64,000 nt of DNA from Escherichia virus KFS-EC3: the sequence record MZ065353.1; one strand, written 5' to 3'. Each line of letters starts with the position of its first letter. Position 1 is the first letter of the stretch. Below the pieces are notes generated by a model that was not told the DNA's origin, searched no databases, and was given only the letters and a program-made list of their open reading frames with translations. Both the position numbers and the translations under genes were made by a program. Below, piece by piece: positions 37,225 through 46,397 of this stretch.

Positions 37225-38406
37225 ATGTCTATTGCAGATTTAAAATCCCGTTTGATTAAAGCTTCCACTTCTAAAATGACTGCTGAACTGACTACATCTA
37301 AATTCTTTAATGAAAAGGATGTAATCCGTACAAAAATTCCAATGCTCAATATCGCTATTTCCGGCGCGATTGATGGTGGTATGCAGTCTGGTTTAACCAT
37401 TTTTGCAGGTCCTTCTAAACACTTTAAATCAAATATGTCTTTGACTATGGTTGCGGCGTATTTGAACAAATATCCTGATGCGGTTTGTTTATTCTATGAT
37501 AGCGAATTTGGTATTACTCCAGCTTATTTGCGATCCATGGGAGTTGACCCGGAACGTGTAATTCATACACCAATCCAGTCAGTTGAACAACTGAAAATTG
37601 ATATGGTGAATCAGCTTGAAGCTATTGAGCGCGGTGAAAAAGTTATTGTATTCATCGACTCAATCGGTAATATGGCTTCTAAGAAAGAAACGGAAGATGC
37701 CTTGAATGAAAAATCTGTGGCAGATATGACTCGTGCTAAATCACTGAAGTCATTATTCCGTATTGTTACTCCTTATTTTAGTATTAAAAACATTCCGTGC
37801 GTTGCGGTTAACCATACAATTGAAACAATTGAAATGTTTAGTAAAACCGTGATGACAGGTGGTACAGGCGTAATGTATTCGGCTGATACTGTATTCATTA
37901 TCGGTAAGCGCCAGATTAAAGATGGTTCTGATCTTCAGGGGTATCAATTTGTTCTAAATGTAGAAAAATCTCGTACCGTCAAAGAAAAAAGTAAATTCTT
38001 TATTGATGTTAAATTTGACGGTGGTATCGATCCTTATTCTGGATTGTTAGATATGGCTCTTGAATTAGGATTTGTGGTAAAACCTAAAAATGGCTGGTAT
38101 GCTCGTGAATTTCTTGATGAAGAAACCGGCGAGATGATTCGCGAAGAAAAATCTTGGCGTGCAAAAGATACCAACTGCACTACATTCTGGGGTCCTTTAT
38201 TTAAGCATCAGCCATTCCGAGATGCTATTAAACGCGCTTATCAGTTAGGTGCTATTGATAGTAATGAAATTGTTGAAGCTGAAGTTGATGAATTGATTAA
38301 CTCAAAGGTTGAAAAATTTAAATCTCCAGAAAGTAAAAGTAAATCAGCAGCTGATTTAGAAACTGACCTAGATCAGTTAAGTGATATGGAAGAATTTAAT
38401 GAATAA
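37225..38406 (+). CDS. uvsX: RecA-like recombinase UvsX
   Basis: 393 aa; Walker A GPSKHFKS; sequence recognised as UvsX. Confidence 0.95.
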   Translation: MSIADLKSRLIKASTSKMTAELTTSKFFNEKDVIRTKIPMLNIAISGAIDGGMQSGLTIFAGPSKHFKSNMSLTMVAAYLNKYPDAVCLFYDSEFGITPAYLRSMGVDPERVIHTPIQSVEQLKIDMVNQLEAIERGEKVIVFIDSIGNMASKKETEDALNEKSVADMTRAKSLKSLFRIVTPYFSIKNIPCVAVNHTIETIEMFSKTVMTGGTGVMYSADTVFIIGKRQIKDGSDLQGYQFVLNVEKSRTVKEKSKFFIDVKFDGGIDPYSGLLDMALELGFVVKPKNGWYAREFLDEETGEMIREEKSWRAKDTNCTTFWGPLFKHQPFRDAIKRAYQLGAIDSNEIVEAEVDELINSKVEKFKSPESKSKSAADLETDLDQLSDMEEFNE

Positions 38407-38743
38407 AGATGATTTAGATTTAGATCTAGAAATTATCGATGAATCCCCCTCTTCGGAGGGGGAAGAAGAAAGAAAAGAACGTCTTTTTAATGAATCTCTT
38501 AAGATAATTAAATCTGCTATGGAAAATGTTATCCAGGAGATTGTCATTAAACTAGAAGACGGTTCTACACACATTGTGTATGTGACAAAATTAGATTGGG
38601 TTGATGGAAAAGTCGTAATGGACTTTGCTGTTCTTGACCAAGAAAGAAAAGCTGAGTTAGCTCCTCATGTAGAAAAATGTATTACAATGCAACTACAAGA
38701 TGCGTTTAATAAAAGGTCAAAGAAAAAATTTAAATTCTTTTAA
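38399..38743 (+). CDS. 40: gene 40 head-assembly protein
   Basis: 114 aa from ATG overlapping uvsX stop; length and position match T4 gp40. Confidence 0.75.
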   Translation: MNKDDLDLDLEIIDESPSSEGEEERKERLFNESLKIIKSAMENVIQEIVIKLEDGSTHIVYVTKLDWVDGKVVMDFAVLDQERKAELAPHVEKCITMQLQDAFNKRSKKKFKFF

Positions 38744-38752
38744 GGAGTAAGT

Positions 38753-40180
38753 GTGGTAGAAATTATTCTTTCTCATCTCATATTTGATCAAGCTTATTTT
38801 TCAAAAGTTTGGCCATATATGGATTCAGAATATTTTGAAAGTGGTCCAGCTAAAAATACATTCAAATTAATTAAATCTCATGTTAATGAGTACCATAGCG
38901 TTCCATCTATTAATGCGTTAAATGTTGCATTAGAAAATAGTTCATTTACTGAAACAGAATATTCTGGTGTAAAAACACTTATTTCAAAACTGGCCGATTC
39001 TCCGGAAGACCATAGCTGGTTAGTAAAAGAAACAGAAAAATATGTTCAGCAAAGGGCGATGTTTAACGCCACATCTAAAATAATTGAAATTCAAACTAAT
39101 GCTGAGCTTCCTCCGGAAAAACGAAATAAGAAAATGCCAGATGTAGGTGCTATTCCTGACATCATGCGCCAAGCATTATCAATTTCATTTGATAGCTACG
39201 TTGGTCATGATTGGATGGATGACTACGAAGCACGTTGGCTATCTTATATGAATAAAGCTCGTAAGGTTCCATTTAAACTCAAAATTCTAAATAAAATTAC
39301 TAAAGGCGGAGCTGAGACTGGAACACTGAACGTTTTAATGGCTGGTGTTAACGTTGGTAAGTCATTAGGATTGTGTTCATTGGCAGCAGATTATTTGCAG
39401 CTCGGACACAATGTTCTTTACATTTCCATGGAAATGGCAGAAGAAGTCTGTGCTAAACGTATTGATGCTAATATGCTTGACGTTTCTCTTGATGACATTG
39501 ATGATGGGCATATTTCTTACGCTGAATATAAAGGAAAAATGGAAAAATGGCGTGAGAAATCTACTCTTGGACGTTTAATCGTTAAACAGTATCCTACTGG
39601 TGGAGCAGACGCTAATACATTTCGATCGCTTTTAAACGAATTAAAGCTCAAGAAGAATTTTGTTCCAACAATCATTATTGTTGACTATCTAGGTATTTGT
39701 AAATCTTGTCGCATCAGAGTTTATTCAGAAAATAGTTACACAACTGTTAAAGCTATCGCAGAGGAATTGCGTGCTCTGGCTGTTGAAACCGAAACTGTTC
39801 TTTGGACTGCAGCACAGGTTGGTAAACAAGCTTGGGATTCTTCTGATGTTAACATGAGCGATATTGCAGAATCTGCCGGTCTTCCAGCAACAGCCGATTT
39901 TATGCTTGCGGTCATTGAAACCGAGGAGTTAGCAGCTGCTGAACAACAACTCATTAAGCAAATCAAATCACGATACGGTGATAAGAATAAATGGAATAAG
40001 TTTTTGATGGGTGTTCAAAAAGGAAATCAGAAATGGGTAGAAATTGAACAAGATTCTACTCCAACTGAAGTGAACGAAGTAGCAGGTTCACAGCAGATTC
40101 AGGCTGAACAGAATCGCTATCAAAGAAACGAATCCGCTCGAGCTCAGTTAGATGCTTTGGCAAATGAATTAAAATTTTAG
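38753..40180 (+). CDS. 41: replicative DNA helicase
   Basis: 475 aa; GTG start; DnaB-family Walker A GVNVGKS; sequence recognised as gp41. Confidence 0.95.
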   Translation: MVEIILSHLIFDQAYFSKVWPYMDSEYFESGPAKNTFKLIKSHVNEYHSVPSINALNVALENSSFTETEYSGVKTLISKLADSPEDHSWLVKETEKYVQQRAMFNATSKIIEIQTNAELPPEKRNKKMPDVGAIPDIMRQALSISFDSYVGHDWMDDYEARWLSYMNKARKVPFKLKILNKITKGGAETGTLNVLMAGVNVGKSLGLCSLAADYLQLGHNVLYISMEMAEEVCAKRIDANMLDVSLDDIDDGHISYAEYKGKMEKWREKSTLGRLIVKQYPTGGADANTFRSLLNELKLKKNFVPTIIIVDYLGICKSCRIRVYSENSYTTVKAIAEELRALAVETETVLWTAAQVGKQAWDSSDVNMSDIAESAGLPATADFMLAVIETEELAAAEQQLIKQIKSRYGDKNKWNKFLMGVQKGNQKWVEIEQDSTPTEVNEVAGSQQIQAEQNRYQRNESARAQLDALANELKF

Positions 40181-40209
40181 TTTACAAGCCGACAAGACTA
40201 TGGTATAGT
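40180..40209 (+). promoter_or_regulatory. early promoter cassette with stem-loop
   Basis: GTTTAC, GTATAGT; ACAAGACTA/TAGTCTTGT inverted repeat around the -10. Confidence 0.5.
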
Positions 40210-40238
40210 AGTCTTGTTGGTTAAATGAGGAGATTTTT

Positions 40239-40421
40239 ATGGAATTGGTAAAGGTAGTTTTTATGGGGTGGTTTAAGAATGAAAGCATGTTTACTAAAGA
40301 AATCACAATGATGAAAGATGACGTTCAATGGGCTACTACTCAATATGCTGAAGTTAATAAAGCGCTAGTTAAAGCTTTCATTGATGACAAGAAAGTATGC
40401 GAAGTGGATTGCCGAGGATAA
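40239..40421 (+). CDS. dmd: Dmd antitoxin (inhibitor of RnlA/LsoA toxins)
   Basis: 60 aa; sequence and position (next to gene 41) match T4 Dmd. Confidence 0.85.
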   Translation: MELVKVVFMGWFKNESMFTKEITMMKDDVQWATTQYAEVNKALVKAFIDDKKVCEVDCRG

Positions 40422-40422
40422 T

Positions 40423-40680
40423 ATGCATATTGTTTTATTTAAACCTACTCCGTATAACGTCAGGAAAAATACTCAATTCAAAGCACTTATCGCAGATACG
40501 TGGGAATTGGTATTAGATATTCCAGCAGAAGAAAGCCCTCCATTTGGTCGAGTGGAATTTATTAAGTTTGCTGTGCGCCCTACAAAGCGGCAGATTCGCC
40601 AATGCAAAAGATACTTTCGTAAAATCGTCAAGTTAGAGAAACAGTTTGTAACATGTGATTATACAGAAGTTTTAAAATAG
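40423..40680 (+). CDS. hypothetical protein (85 aa)
   Basis: ATG 2 nt after dmd stop. Confidence 0.55.
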   Translation: MHIVLFKPTPYNVRKNTQFKALIADTWELVLDIPAEESPPFGRVEFIKFAVRPTKRQIRQCKRYFRKIVKLEKQFVTCDYTEVLK

Positions 40681-40682
40681 TA

Positions 40683-40725
40683 GTTTACAAGCTGATAGAG
40701 TTGTGTTATAGTAATTCTATCAGCT
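40683..40725 (+). promoter_or_regulatory. early promoter cassette with stem-loop
   Basis: GTTTAC, TTATAGT; AGCTGATAGA/TCTATCAGCT 10-bp inverted repeat around the -10. Confidence 0.5.
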
Positions 40726-40743
40726 AATCGCGGAGAAAAGAAA

Positions 40744-40998
40744 ATGATGCTAGTTAATAGAGAATATCAGTTTAAATCAGAAGAAGATTTGGAAAAATTC
40801 GCGAGTGGTTGTGAACTGAATAGACGCACAGCTAAAGTCATAGGATTAAAACCCTTTACAGTTCTAGATTGTGAAGTTTCTAAATTCCGCAGAGGGTGTT
40901 CTATTAGCGGTCATGCTCTTGTTGATGGGAACACATTTTTCTTTGTTTTTAGCGTCAGAGAACTTTTATTGATTAACGAACTTGAGGAAATAAAATAG
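40744..40998 (+). CDS. hypothetical protein (84 aa)
   Basis: ORF track; GGAGAAAAG RBS. Confidence 0.5.
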   Translation: MMLVNREYQFKSEEDLEKFASGCELNRRTAKVIGLKPFTVLDCEVSKFRRGCSISGHALVDGNTFFFVFSVRELLLINELEEIK

Positions 40999-41062
40999 TT
41001 TACTTTTGTTTTAAACATGTTATTATAGACCTATCAAAACAAACGAGTAAATGGAGAACAAA

Positions 41063-41245
41063 ATGTCTAAAGTATCAGGTTATCAATTATTAACACAAGA
41101 ACAACGCTCAGAGATGGATTCTTTACAAGAACGGTGTCAGCATAGAAATAACGCACTTGATTCATTTTTATTAGTTGAATATGAAAACTTGTGCTCTAGA
41201 CTTGAAAAAGAATATGTTCATCAACATGAAGGAGGAGAAGAATGA
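41063..41245 (+). CDS. hypothetical protein (60 aa)
   Basis: ATG with GGAGAACAAA RBS. Confidence 0.45.
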   Translation: MSKVSGYQLLTQEQRSEMDSLQERCQHRNNALDSFLLVEYENLCSRLEKEYVHQHEGGEE

Positions 41246-41348
41246 AACTGAAATCACCAATTATTGCAATTTGTCTGTTTGCTTCTACTAGTGTTTACTT
41301 TTGTTGAAAATTGAGATACTATAAACATAAACTACTGAGGAGATTATC

Positions 41349-41642
41349 ATGAAAAAATTTATCTTTGCTGCAATTTTTGCTTTATCTTCTTGCGCTGCTC
41401 AGCCTGCTATGGCAGGTTATGATAAAGACTTGTGTGAATGGTCTATGACTGCAGATCAGACTGAAGTTGAAACTCAAATTGAAGCAGATATTATGAATAT
41501 CGTTGAGCGTGATCGTCCTGAAATGAAAGCTGAAGTGCAAAAACAGCTTAAGTCTGGTGGTGTAATGCAGTATAATTATGTTCTATATTGCGATAAAAAC
41601 TTTAATAATAAAAATATCGTCGCTGAAGTGGTAGGTGAATAA
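41349..41642 (+). CDS. sp: Spackle periplasmic superinfection-exclusion protein
   Basis: 97 aa with signal peptide; length and position match T4 Sp. Confidence 0.7.
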   Translation: MKKFIFAAIFALSSCAAQPAMAGYDKDLCEWSMTADQTEVETQIEADIMNIVERDRPEMKAEVQKQLKSGGVMQYNYVLYCDKNFNNKNIVAEVVGE

Positions 41643-42268
41643 TGCTTTACCAAATGCACAAGTGCAAAGATACATACAAATATAAAGGTGCCCAGTGTTA
41701 TATCATTAATCGTGAAAACGCGGGTCCAGGTCATTCGCATCAATCACGGTTTGTATTCGTTAAAAACAATGAAATTATAGCAGTTGCTAATTACATGCTT
41801 GTGACTAATGACGTTAATCCGGTGCCTTTTACATATTATAATCTAATGGACTTGGCGTACGATTATAATTGGTTTAATCATGATAATTTGGCTCATATTG
41901 AAGGCGTAGGATTTGACATCTCTTATTCTAGTTACTCGTTATGTCCTATGAGCAGAGCTCATAAAGAGCCTGAATATTTTTCATTTCGTCGGCGTGTAGA
42001 CTTTAAACGCAGCACAGAGTATGTCGGTGGAATCTTTGTTAAAGATAATCGAATTACTCGCATTATTTATCCTTTGGGCTGTGGTCAAAAAGATATTGAT
42101 GTTGATTTAGACTTTACTGAAAACATCATTAATCATATTGCTTCTGTGTATTTTGATATTGATCACAAAATTGTAATATGTGGATATGAATTACCATCAG
42201 AAAAACAGTCTAAAGTGAATGTTTCTATTGATGACCAAATTTTTAATGCTTTTATGAATAGAGGTTAA
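41642..42268 (+). CDS. hypothetical protein (208 aa)
   Basis: ORF track; ATGC overlap with sp stop. Confidence 0.6.
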   Translation: MLYQMHKCKDTYKYKGAQCYIINRENAGPGHSHQSRFVFVKNNEIIAVANYMLVTNDVNPVPFTYYNLMDLAYDYNWFNHDNLAHIEGVGFDISYSSYSLCPMSRAHKEPEYFSFRRRVDFKRSTEYVGGIFVKDNRITRIIYPLGCGQKDIDVDLDFTENIINHIASVYFDIDHKIVICGYELPSEKQSKVNVSIDDQIFNAFMNRG

Positions 42269-42269
42269 T

Positions 42270-42434
42270 ATGAAAACATATAAAGAATTTATCAAAGAAG
42301 ATATGGTAGCTGGAGATTCAGGTGGTAATCCTGAAAATATCTCCACTGGAACAACATCAGGCGCTGTAGTAAATAAAGGTCCTGAACAGATTCCTAAAAA
42401 GAAAAAAGAGGAATCTAAAGAAAAAGAAGAGTAA
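42270..42434 (+). CDS. hypothetical lysine-rich protein (54 aa)
   Basis: ATG with GAGG RBS; below track cutoff. Confidence 0.4.
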   Translation: MKTYKEFIKEDMVAGDSGGNPENISTGTTSGAVVNKGPEQIPKKKKEESKEKEE

Positions 42435-42436
42435 AA

Positions 42437-43465
42437 ATGTCATCAATACCTTGGATTGATAATGAGTTTGCATATCGTGCATTAGCTCATTTACCTAAAT
42501 TCACACAAGTAAATAATAGTTCAACTTTTAAATTGCGGTTTAGATGCCCTGTTTGTGGAGATTCAAAAACCGACCAAAATAAAGCCCGTGGATGGTATTA
42601 TGGCGATAATAATGAAGGAAATATTCATTGTTATAACTGCAACTATCATGCACCAATCGGAATATATTTAAAGGAGTTTGAACCCGATTTATATCGTGAG
42701 TATATCTTTGAAATAAGAAAAGAAAAAGGTAAAAGTCGTCCAGTAGAAAAACCTAAAGAACTTCCTAAACAACCTGAGAAGAAAATAATTAAATCTCTTC
42801 CGTCATGCATTAGATTAGATAAATTGGCGGAAGACCATCCAATTATAAAATATGTAAAAGCTCGCTGTATTCCAAAGGATAAATGGAAATATCTTTGGTT
42901 TACAACCGAATGGCCTAAATTAGTTAATAGCATAGCACCAGGAACATACAAAAAGGAAATACCTGAGCCTCGTCTTGTTATTCCAATTTATAATGCTAAT
43001 GGAAAAGCTGAGTCTTTTCAAGGACGTGCATTAAAGAAAGATGCTCCTCAAAAATATATCACCATCAAAGCTTATCCTGAAGCAACAAAAATCTATGGCG
43101 TTGAACGAGTTAAAGATGGTGATGTATATGTTCTAGAAGGACCTATAGATTCACTTTTTATTGAAAATGGTATAGCTATTACAGGTGGTCAATTAGACCT
43201 AGAAATTGTTCCATTTAAAGATAGACGTGTGTGGGTTTTAGATAATGAACCTCGTCATCCTGACACTATTAAACGAATGACTAAATTAGTTGATGCAGGA
43301 GAAAGGGTTATGTTTTGGGACAAATCTCCCTGGAAATCAAAAGATGTTAATGATATGATTAGAAAGGAAGGTGCAACCCCTGAACAAATTATGGAATATA
43401 TGAAAAATAATATTGCCCAGGGGTTGATGGCTAAAATGCGGCTATCTAAATATGCTAAGATTTAA
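42437..43465 (+). CDS. 61: DNA primase
   Basis: 342 aa; zinc-ribbon CPVCGDS...CYNC; TOPRIM region; length matches T4 gp61. Confidence 0.95.
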   Translation: MSSIPWIDNEFAYRALAHLPKFTQVNNSSTFKLRFRCPVCGDSKTDQNKARGWYYGDNNEGNIHCYNCNYHAPIGIYLKEFEPDLYREYIFEIRKEKGKSRPVEKPKELPKQPEKKIIKSLPSCIRLDKLAEDHPIIKYVKARCIPKDKWKYLWFTTEWPKLVNSIAPGTYKKEIPEPRLVIPIYNANGKAESFQGRALKKDAPQKYITIKAYPEATKIYGVERVKDGDVYVLEGPIDSLFIENGIAITGGQLDLEIVPFKDRRVWVLDNEPRHPDTIKRMTKLVDAGERVMFWDKSPWKSKDVNDMIRKEGATPEQIMEYMKNNIAQGLMAKMRLSKYAKI

Positions 43466-43662
43466 ATTAACCCAACTAAAGCAAATGCTAAATCTACGAA
43501 TGTATCAAGAGTAATTACTGGAATATTAACACCATGAGCAATAGCAATTGGTGATAAAACAAAATTCCAAAGTAAAATTCCTACCATAGCAGAAATAGTA
43601 AAAGCTATACGTTTTTTATTACCTTTTATGGCATTAACAAGTGCCATTAATTTTTGTACCAT
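43462..43662 (-). CDS. antisense small membrane protein (66 aa)
   Basis: minus-strand ATG preceded by AAGGAGG at 4 nt; two hydrophobic helices; stop overlaps gp61 stop. Confidence 0.45.
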   Translation of the reverse strand: MVQKLMALVNAIKGNKKRIAFTISAMVGILLWNFVLSPIAIAHGVNIPVITLDTFVDLAFALVGLI

Positions 43663-43672
43663 ATGTCCTCCT

Positions 43673-43698
43673 TATTGCTTTATATATTTATTGTATAA
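43673..43698 (+). promoter_or_regulatory. MotA-dependent middle promoter candidate for gene 56
   Basis: MotA box ATTGCTTTA about 12 nt upstream of TATAAT. Confidence 0.45.
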
Positions 43699-43733
43699 TT
43701 AATCTACTAACCCATGAATTGAAAGGAAAAATA

Positions 43734-44252
43734 ATGGCTTACTTTAATGAATGTTCGCAACTGATCGAAGGCGCTGATAAAGCTCAAAATGAATACTGGG
43801 ATATTCTCGGTGACGAAAAAGACCCACTGCAAGTTATGCTTGATATGCAGAAATCTTTGCAGGTTCGTTTAGCTAAAGATAAACCTGAATATAACCGTCA
43901 TCCTGATGATTTGGCTACTGCAGGCGAAGTTGTCGATTGGCTGCGTAATCAGAAAGATTACATTGATGATGAATTCCGTGAACTTCTGACTTCTCTTGGT
44001 GGTATGAGCAATGGTGAAAAAGATGCATCTGCTGTATGGAAGCCTTGGAAGTCGCAGCATGGTGAACGTCGTGAAACTCTAATTACTGATTTGTCACCAC
44101 AAGACCAATTGGAAATTAAATTCGAAATGATTGATATTCTTCATTTCGTTCTGAACATGTTCCAAGGTCTCGGTCTTACGGCTGAAGAAATCTTTAAACT
44201 TTATTATCTGAAAAATGCTGAAAACTTCGCTCGTCAAGACCGAGGTTATTAA
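43734..44252 (+). CDS. 56: dCTPase/dUTPase
   Basis: 172 aa from ATG 43734; MazG-like; length and position match T4 gp56. Confidence 0.85.
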   Translation: MAYFNECSQLIEGADKAQNEYWDILGDEKDPLQVMLDMQKSLQVRLAKDKPEYNRHPDDLATAGEVVDWLRNQKDYIDDEFRELLTSLGGMSNGEKDASAVWKPWKSQHGERRETLITDLSPQDQLEIKFEMIDILHFVLNMFQGLGLTAEEIFKLYYLKNAENFARQDRGY

Positions 44253-44452
44253 TGGCTCGTTTAAATAAACGCCAGCTTAAGAAAGCCCACAAGAAACGTA
44301 TTGACCAGCTATTTAAAAATTATGACAAGGAGCTCGTATGTGAGCTCTTATCTAATCAGCTCCACAAAGCTTACACAATTAAAACTGGACATATACAATT
44401 AGGTAAGGTGCATGAAGAAGCCTTAAAATTAATTATAGAGCATTCAAAATGA
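44252..44452 (+). CDS. basic hypothetical protein (66 aa)
   Basis: ORF track; ATGG coupling. Confidence 0.5.
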   Translation: MARLNKRQLKKAHKKRIDQLFKNYDKELVCELLSNQLHKAYTIKTGHIQLGKVHEEALKLIIEHSK

Positions 44453-44658
44453 AATTTGATTTTTATGCATGGCAAAAAGCCGGGAGACCGGCTAGTCGAG
44501 CATTTGGTTCTGATGGATATAATATTAGAGCTCATTGGAAGTTTAATGCTCCAGACGATTATTCTCCGGTAGTTATTAACGGTGATGTTGTTATATTAAC
44601 TAAAATTGGATATTTTAGCGTTCCACGAGAATTTATTATAAATAATCATGTAATTTAA
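44449..44658 (+). CDS. hypothetical protein (69 aa)
   Basis: ORF track; ATGA coupling. Confidence 0.5.
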   Translation: MKFDFYAWQKAGRPASRAFGSDGYNIRAHWKFNAPDDYSPVVINGDVVILTKIGYFSVPREFIINNHVI

Positions 44659-44674
44659 ATAAAAGGAGAATTAC

Positions 44675-44920
44675 ATGGCTAGTACTCGCGGTTATGTTAA
44701 TATCAAAACGTTTGAGCAGAAATTAGATGGAAATAAGAAAATTGAAGGAAAGGAAATTTCTGTAGCTTTCCCTCTTTATTCTGACGTTCACAAAATTTCT
44801 GGCTCTCATTACCAGACATTCCCTTCAGAAAAAGCAGCATATTCTACAGTATATGAAGAAAATCAACGTACTGAATGGATTACTGCAAACGAAGATTTGT
44901 GGAAAGTAACTGGTGAATAA
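44675..44920 (+). CDS. soc: small outer capsid protein
   Basis: 81 aa; sequence recognised as T4 Soc; AAGGAGA RBS. Confidence 0.9.
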   Translation: MASTRGYVNIKTFEQKLDGNKKIEGKEISVAFPLYSDVHKISGSHYQTFPSEKAAYSTVYEENQRTEWITANEDLWKVTGE

Positions 44921-44926
44921 TTTCAA

Positions 44927-44950
44927 GGACTCCTCCGGGAGTCCTTTTTT
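44927..44950 (+). terminator. rho-independent terminator
   Basis: GGACTCC-TCCG-GGAGTCC followed by TTTTTT. Confidence 0.75.
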
Positions 44951-44960
44951 CATTTTACCG

Positions 44961-44990
44961 GTTTACTTTCTAAAATGAGTATGGTATAAT
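44961..44990 (+). promoter_or_regulatory. T4-type early promoter
   Basis: GTTTAC, 17 nt, GTATAAT; 56 nt to ATG 45017. Confidence 0.55.
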
Positions 44991-45016
44991 AGAATTATCT
45001 TATAGAGGAGAGCACT

Positions 45017-45223
45017 ATGTTAAATCGCTGGATTAAACCAAATGAAGATTTAGATATTATCATTTCACGGCATGTAATGAAGAAATATGAACTACAGCCA
45101 TGGTCTACAGAAGTTGTTGTGCATTCATTTATGATGTACGCAGATGGTTCTGTCGAATTTAATGCAGAGATTCGATATGATTATGGCGAGAAGCAAGTCG
45201 AATTCAAGAGAGGCTTTTTGTAA
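45017..45223 (+). CDS. hypothetical protein (68 aa)
   Basis: ORF track; GAGGAGAG RBS. Confidence 0.5.
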   Translation: MLNRWIKPNEDLDIIISRHVMKKYELQPWSTEVVVHSFMMYADGSVEFNAEIRYDYGEKQVEFKRGFL

Positions 45224-45564
45224 TGTTTATCTTTAATTGGTTTAAAAGCTTCTTTACGGATTTTTTCTCTACGACTCCCGGAGAAGGTGTAGTTCCTATT
45301 TCAAATGACTACCTTCCTTTAACTGTAGTTGAATATGTTTATATGGGAGATGGAACAGTAGAAGCAGTTACTATGACTTATGAAGAAGCCCAAGAATATT
45401 ATAAAAATCCTTGGCGCTGGTCAACACCTACTACATCATCTAATACGCAGAATACGCAGTCTAGTTCTGATTCATATGATACTAATGTTCCTGTTCATGT
45501 ATGGACGGGCGATTCGTGTGGAAGTTCTTGTGATTCTAGTTGTTCATCTACATCTTGTGATTGA
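45223..45564 (+). CDS. hypothetical protein with Cys/Ser-rich C-terminal tail (113 aa)
   Basis: tail [18 protein letters not shown]; shares a YxxDG(S/T)VE motif with the upstream ORF. Confidence 0.5.
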   Translation: MFIFNWFKSFFTDFFSTTPGEGVVPISNDYLPLTVVEYVYMGDGTVEAVTMTYEEAQEYYKNPWRWSTPTTSSNTQNTQSSSDSYDTNVPVHVWTGDSCGSSCDSSCSSTSCD

Positions 45565-45572
45565 GGAAAATT

Positions 45573-46058
45573 ATGGAAGCGATTTTGTTTGAAATGTATA
45601 TTAGCAGTAATAGTATGTCGTTTGCTAAAGACGTTCCAATTACCGTAGCAGTAATGATTGATAAGGGTTATTGTGACCCAATGTATCTCGTAGAAAATTT
45701 TGTTTCAATGCCAGTTCCAGAAGATGCTGAAATAAAACTTAAAAAGATCGGAATTATTGAAACTGTACCAAATATTCCATTTAGAGCAATTGAAGCATTT
45801 ACTAAATCCGAATACATTAATGTTAGCGCAGAACAATATAATGATAAACCTTTATCTTTCTATTCGTATGATTCAGTATATAGCTGGAAAATAGATAAAG
45901 GAAATAAATTTATAATTGTGAGTGAAGATGCTTTATCATACTTTATTTCTTCTGTATGGAATAGTTTACATCCAAATTTGCTAAAAATTCATGAATTTGA
46001 TGATGCTCCTACTGTTGTTTTAGGTAAAACAAATGAAAGTTCTGAAGAAAATGTTTGA
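45573..46058 (+). CDS. mrh: hypothetical protein (161 aa), possible Mrh
   Basis: ATG with TGAGGAAAATT RBS; length and position fit T4 mrh; sequence not recognised. Confidence 0.4.
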   Translation: MEAILFEMYISSNSMSFAKDVPITVAVMIDKGYCDPMYLVENFVSMPVPEDAEIKLKKIGIIETVPNIPFRAIEAFTKSEYINVSAEQYNDKPLSFYSYDSVYSWKIDKGNKFIIVSEDALSYFISSVWNSLHPNLLKIHEFDDAPTVVLGKTNESSEENV

Positions 46059-46236
46059 ATGGTTCAATAGACCAAACTCAATGTACATTGACGATGGTTG
46101 GGTTGAACAAGCAAATAAAGAAATGCAGAACGAATCAGAAGAATGGATGAAATCAATGATTAGTGCTGAGAAAGAAAAGAAATTAGAACGCTCAGCGCTT
46201 AAATTGATGAGAGACATCTATGGGGATAAATCATGA
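46033..46236 (+). CDS. hypothetical protein (67 aa)
   Basis: ORF track; overlaps the end of the upstream gene. Confidence 0.4.
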   Translation: MKVLKKMFEWFNRPNSMYIDDGWVEQANKEMQNESEEWMKSMISAEKEKKLERSALKLMRDIYGDKS

Positions 46237-46397
46237 ACAGAGATATGACGCTAGAAGAGGCCAAGGCTAAAGCAAATGAAGCATTGGATTTGCTTCTTAA
46301 AATTGGCAGTAAAATGATGGAAGAAAATGAGAAATATATCCAGGAAAACAAAATTCCTGACGGCCCATTAGTAGGCAAGAGGAAATCACATGATTGA
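46233..46397 (+). CDS. hypothetical protein (54 aa)
   Basis: ATG overlapping upstream stop; below track cutoff. Confidence 0.35.
   Translation: MNRDMTLEEAKAKANEALDLLLKIGSKMMEENEKYIQENKIPDGPLVGKRKSHD

Noticed and set aside
41242-41304. 20-codon hydrophobic ORF behind an AGGAGGAG sequence
   Set aside because: The apparent RBS is the coding sequence for the EGGEE C-terminus of the upstream gene; too short and unsupported to call.
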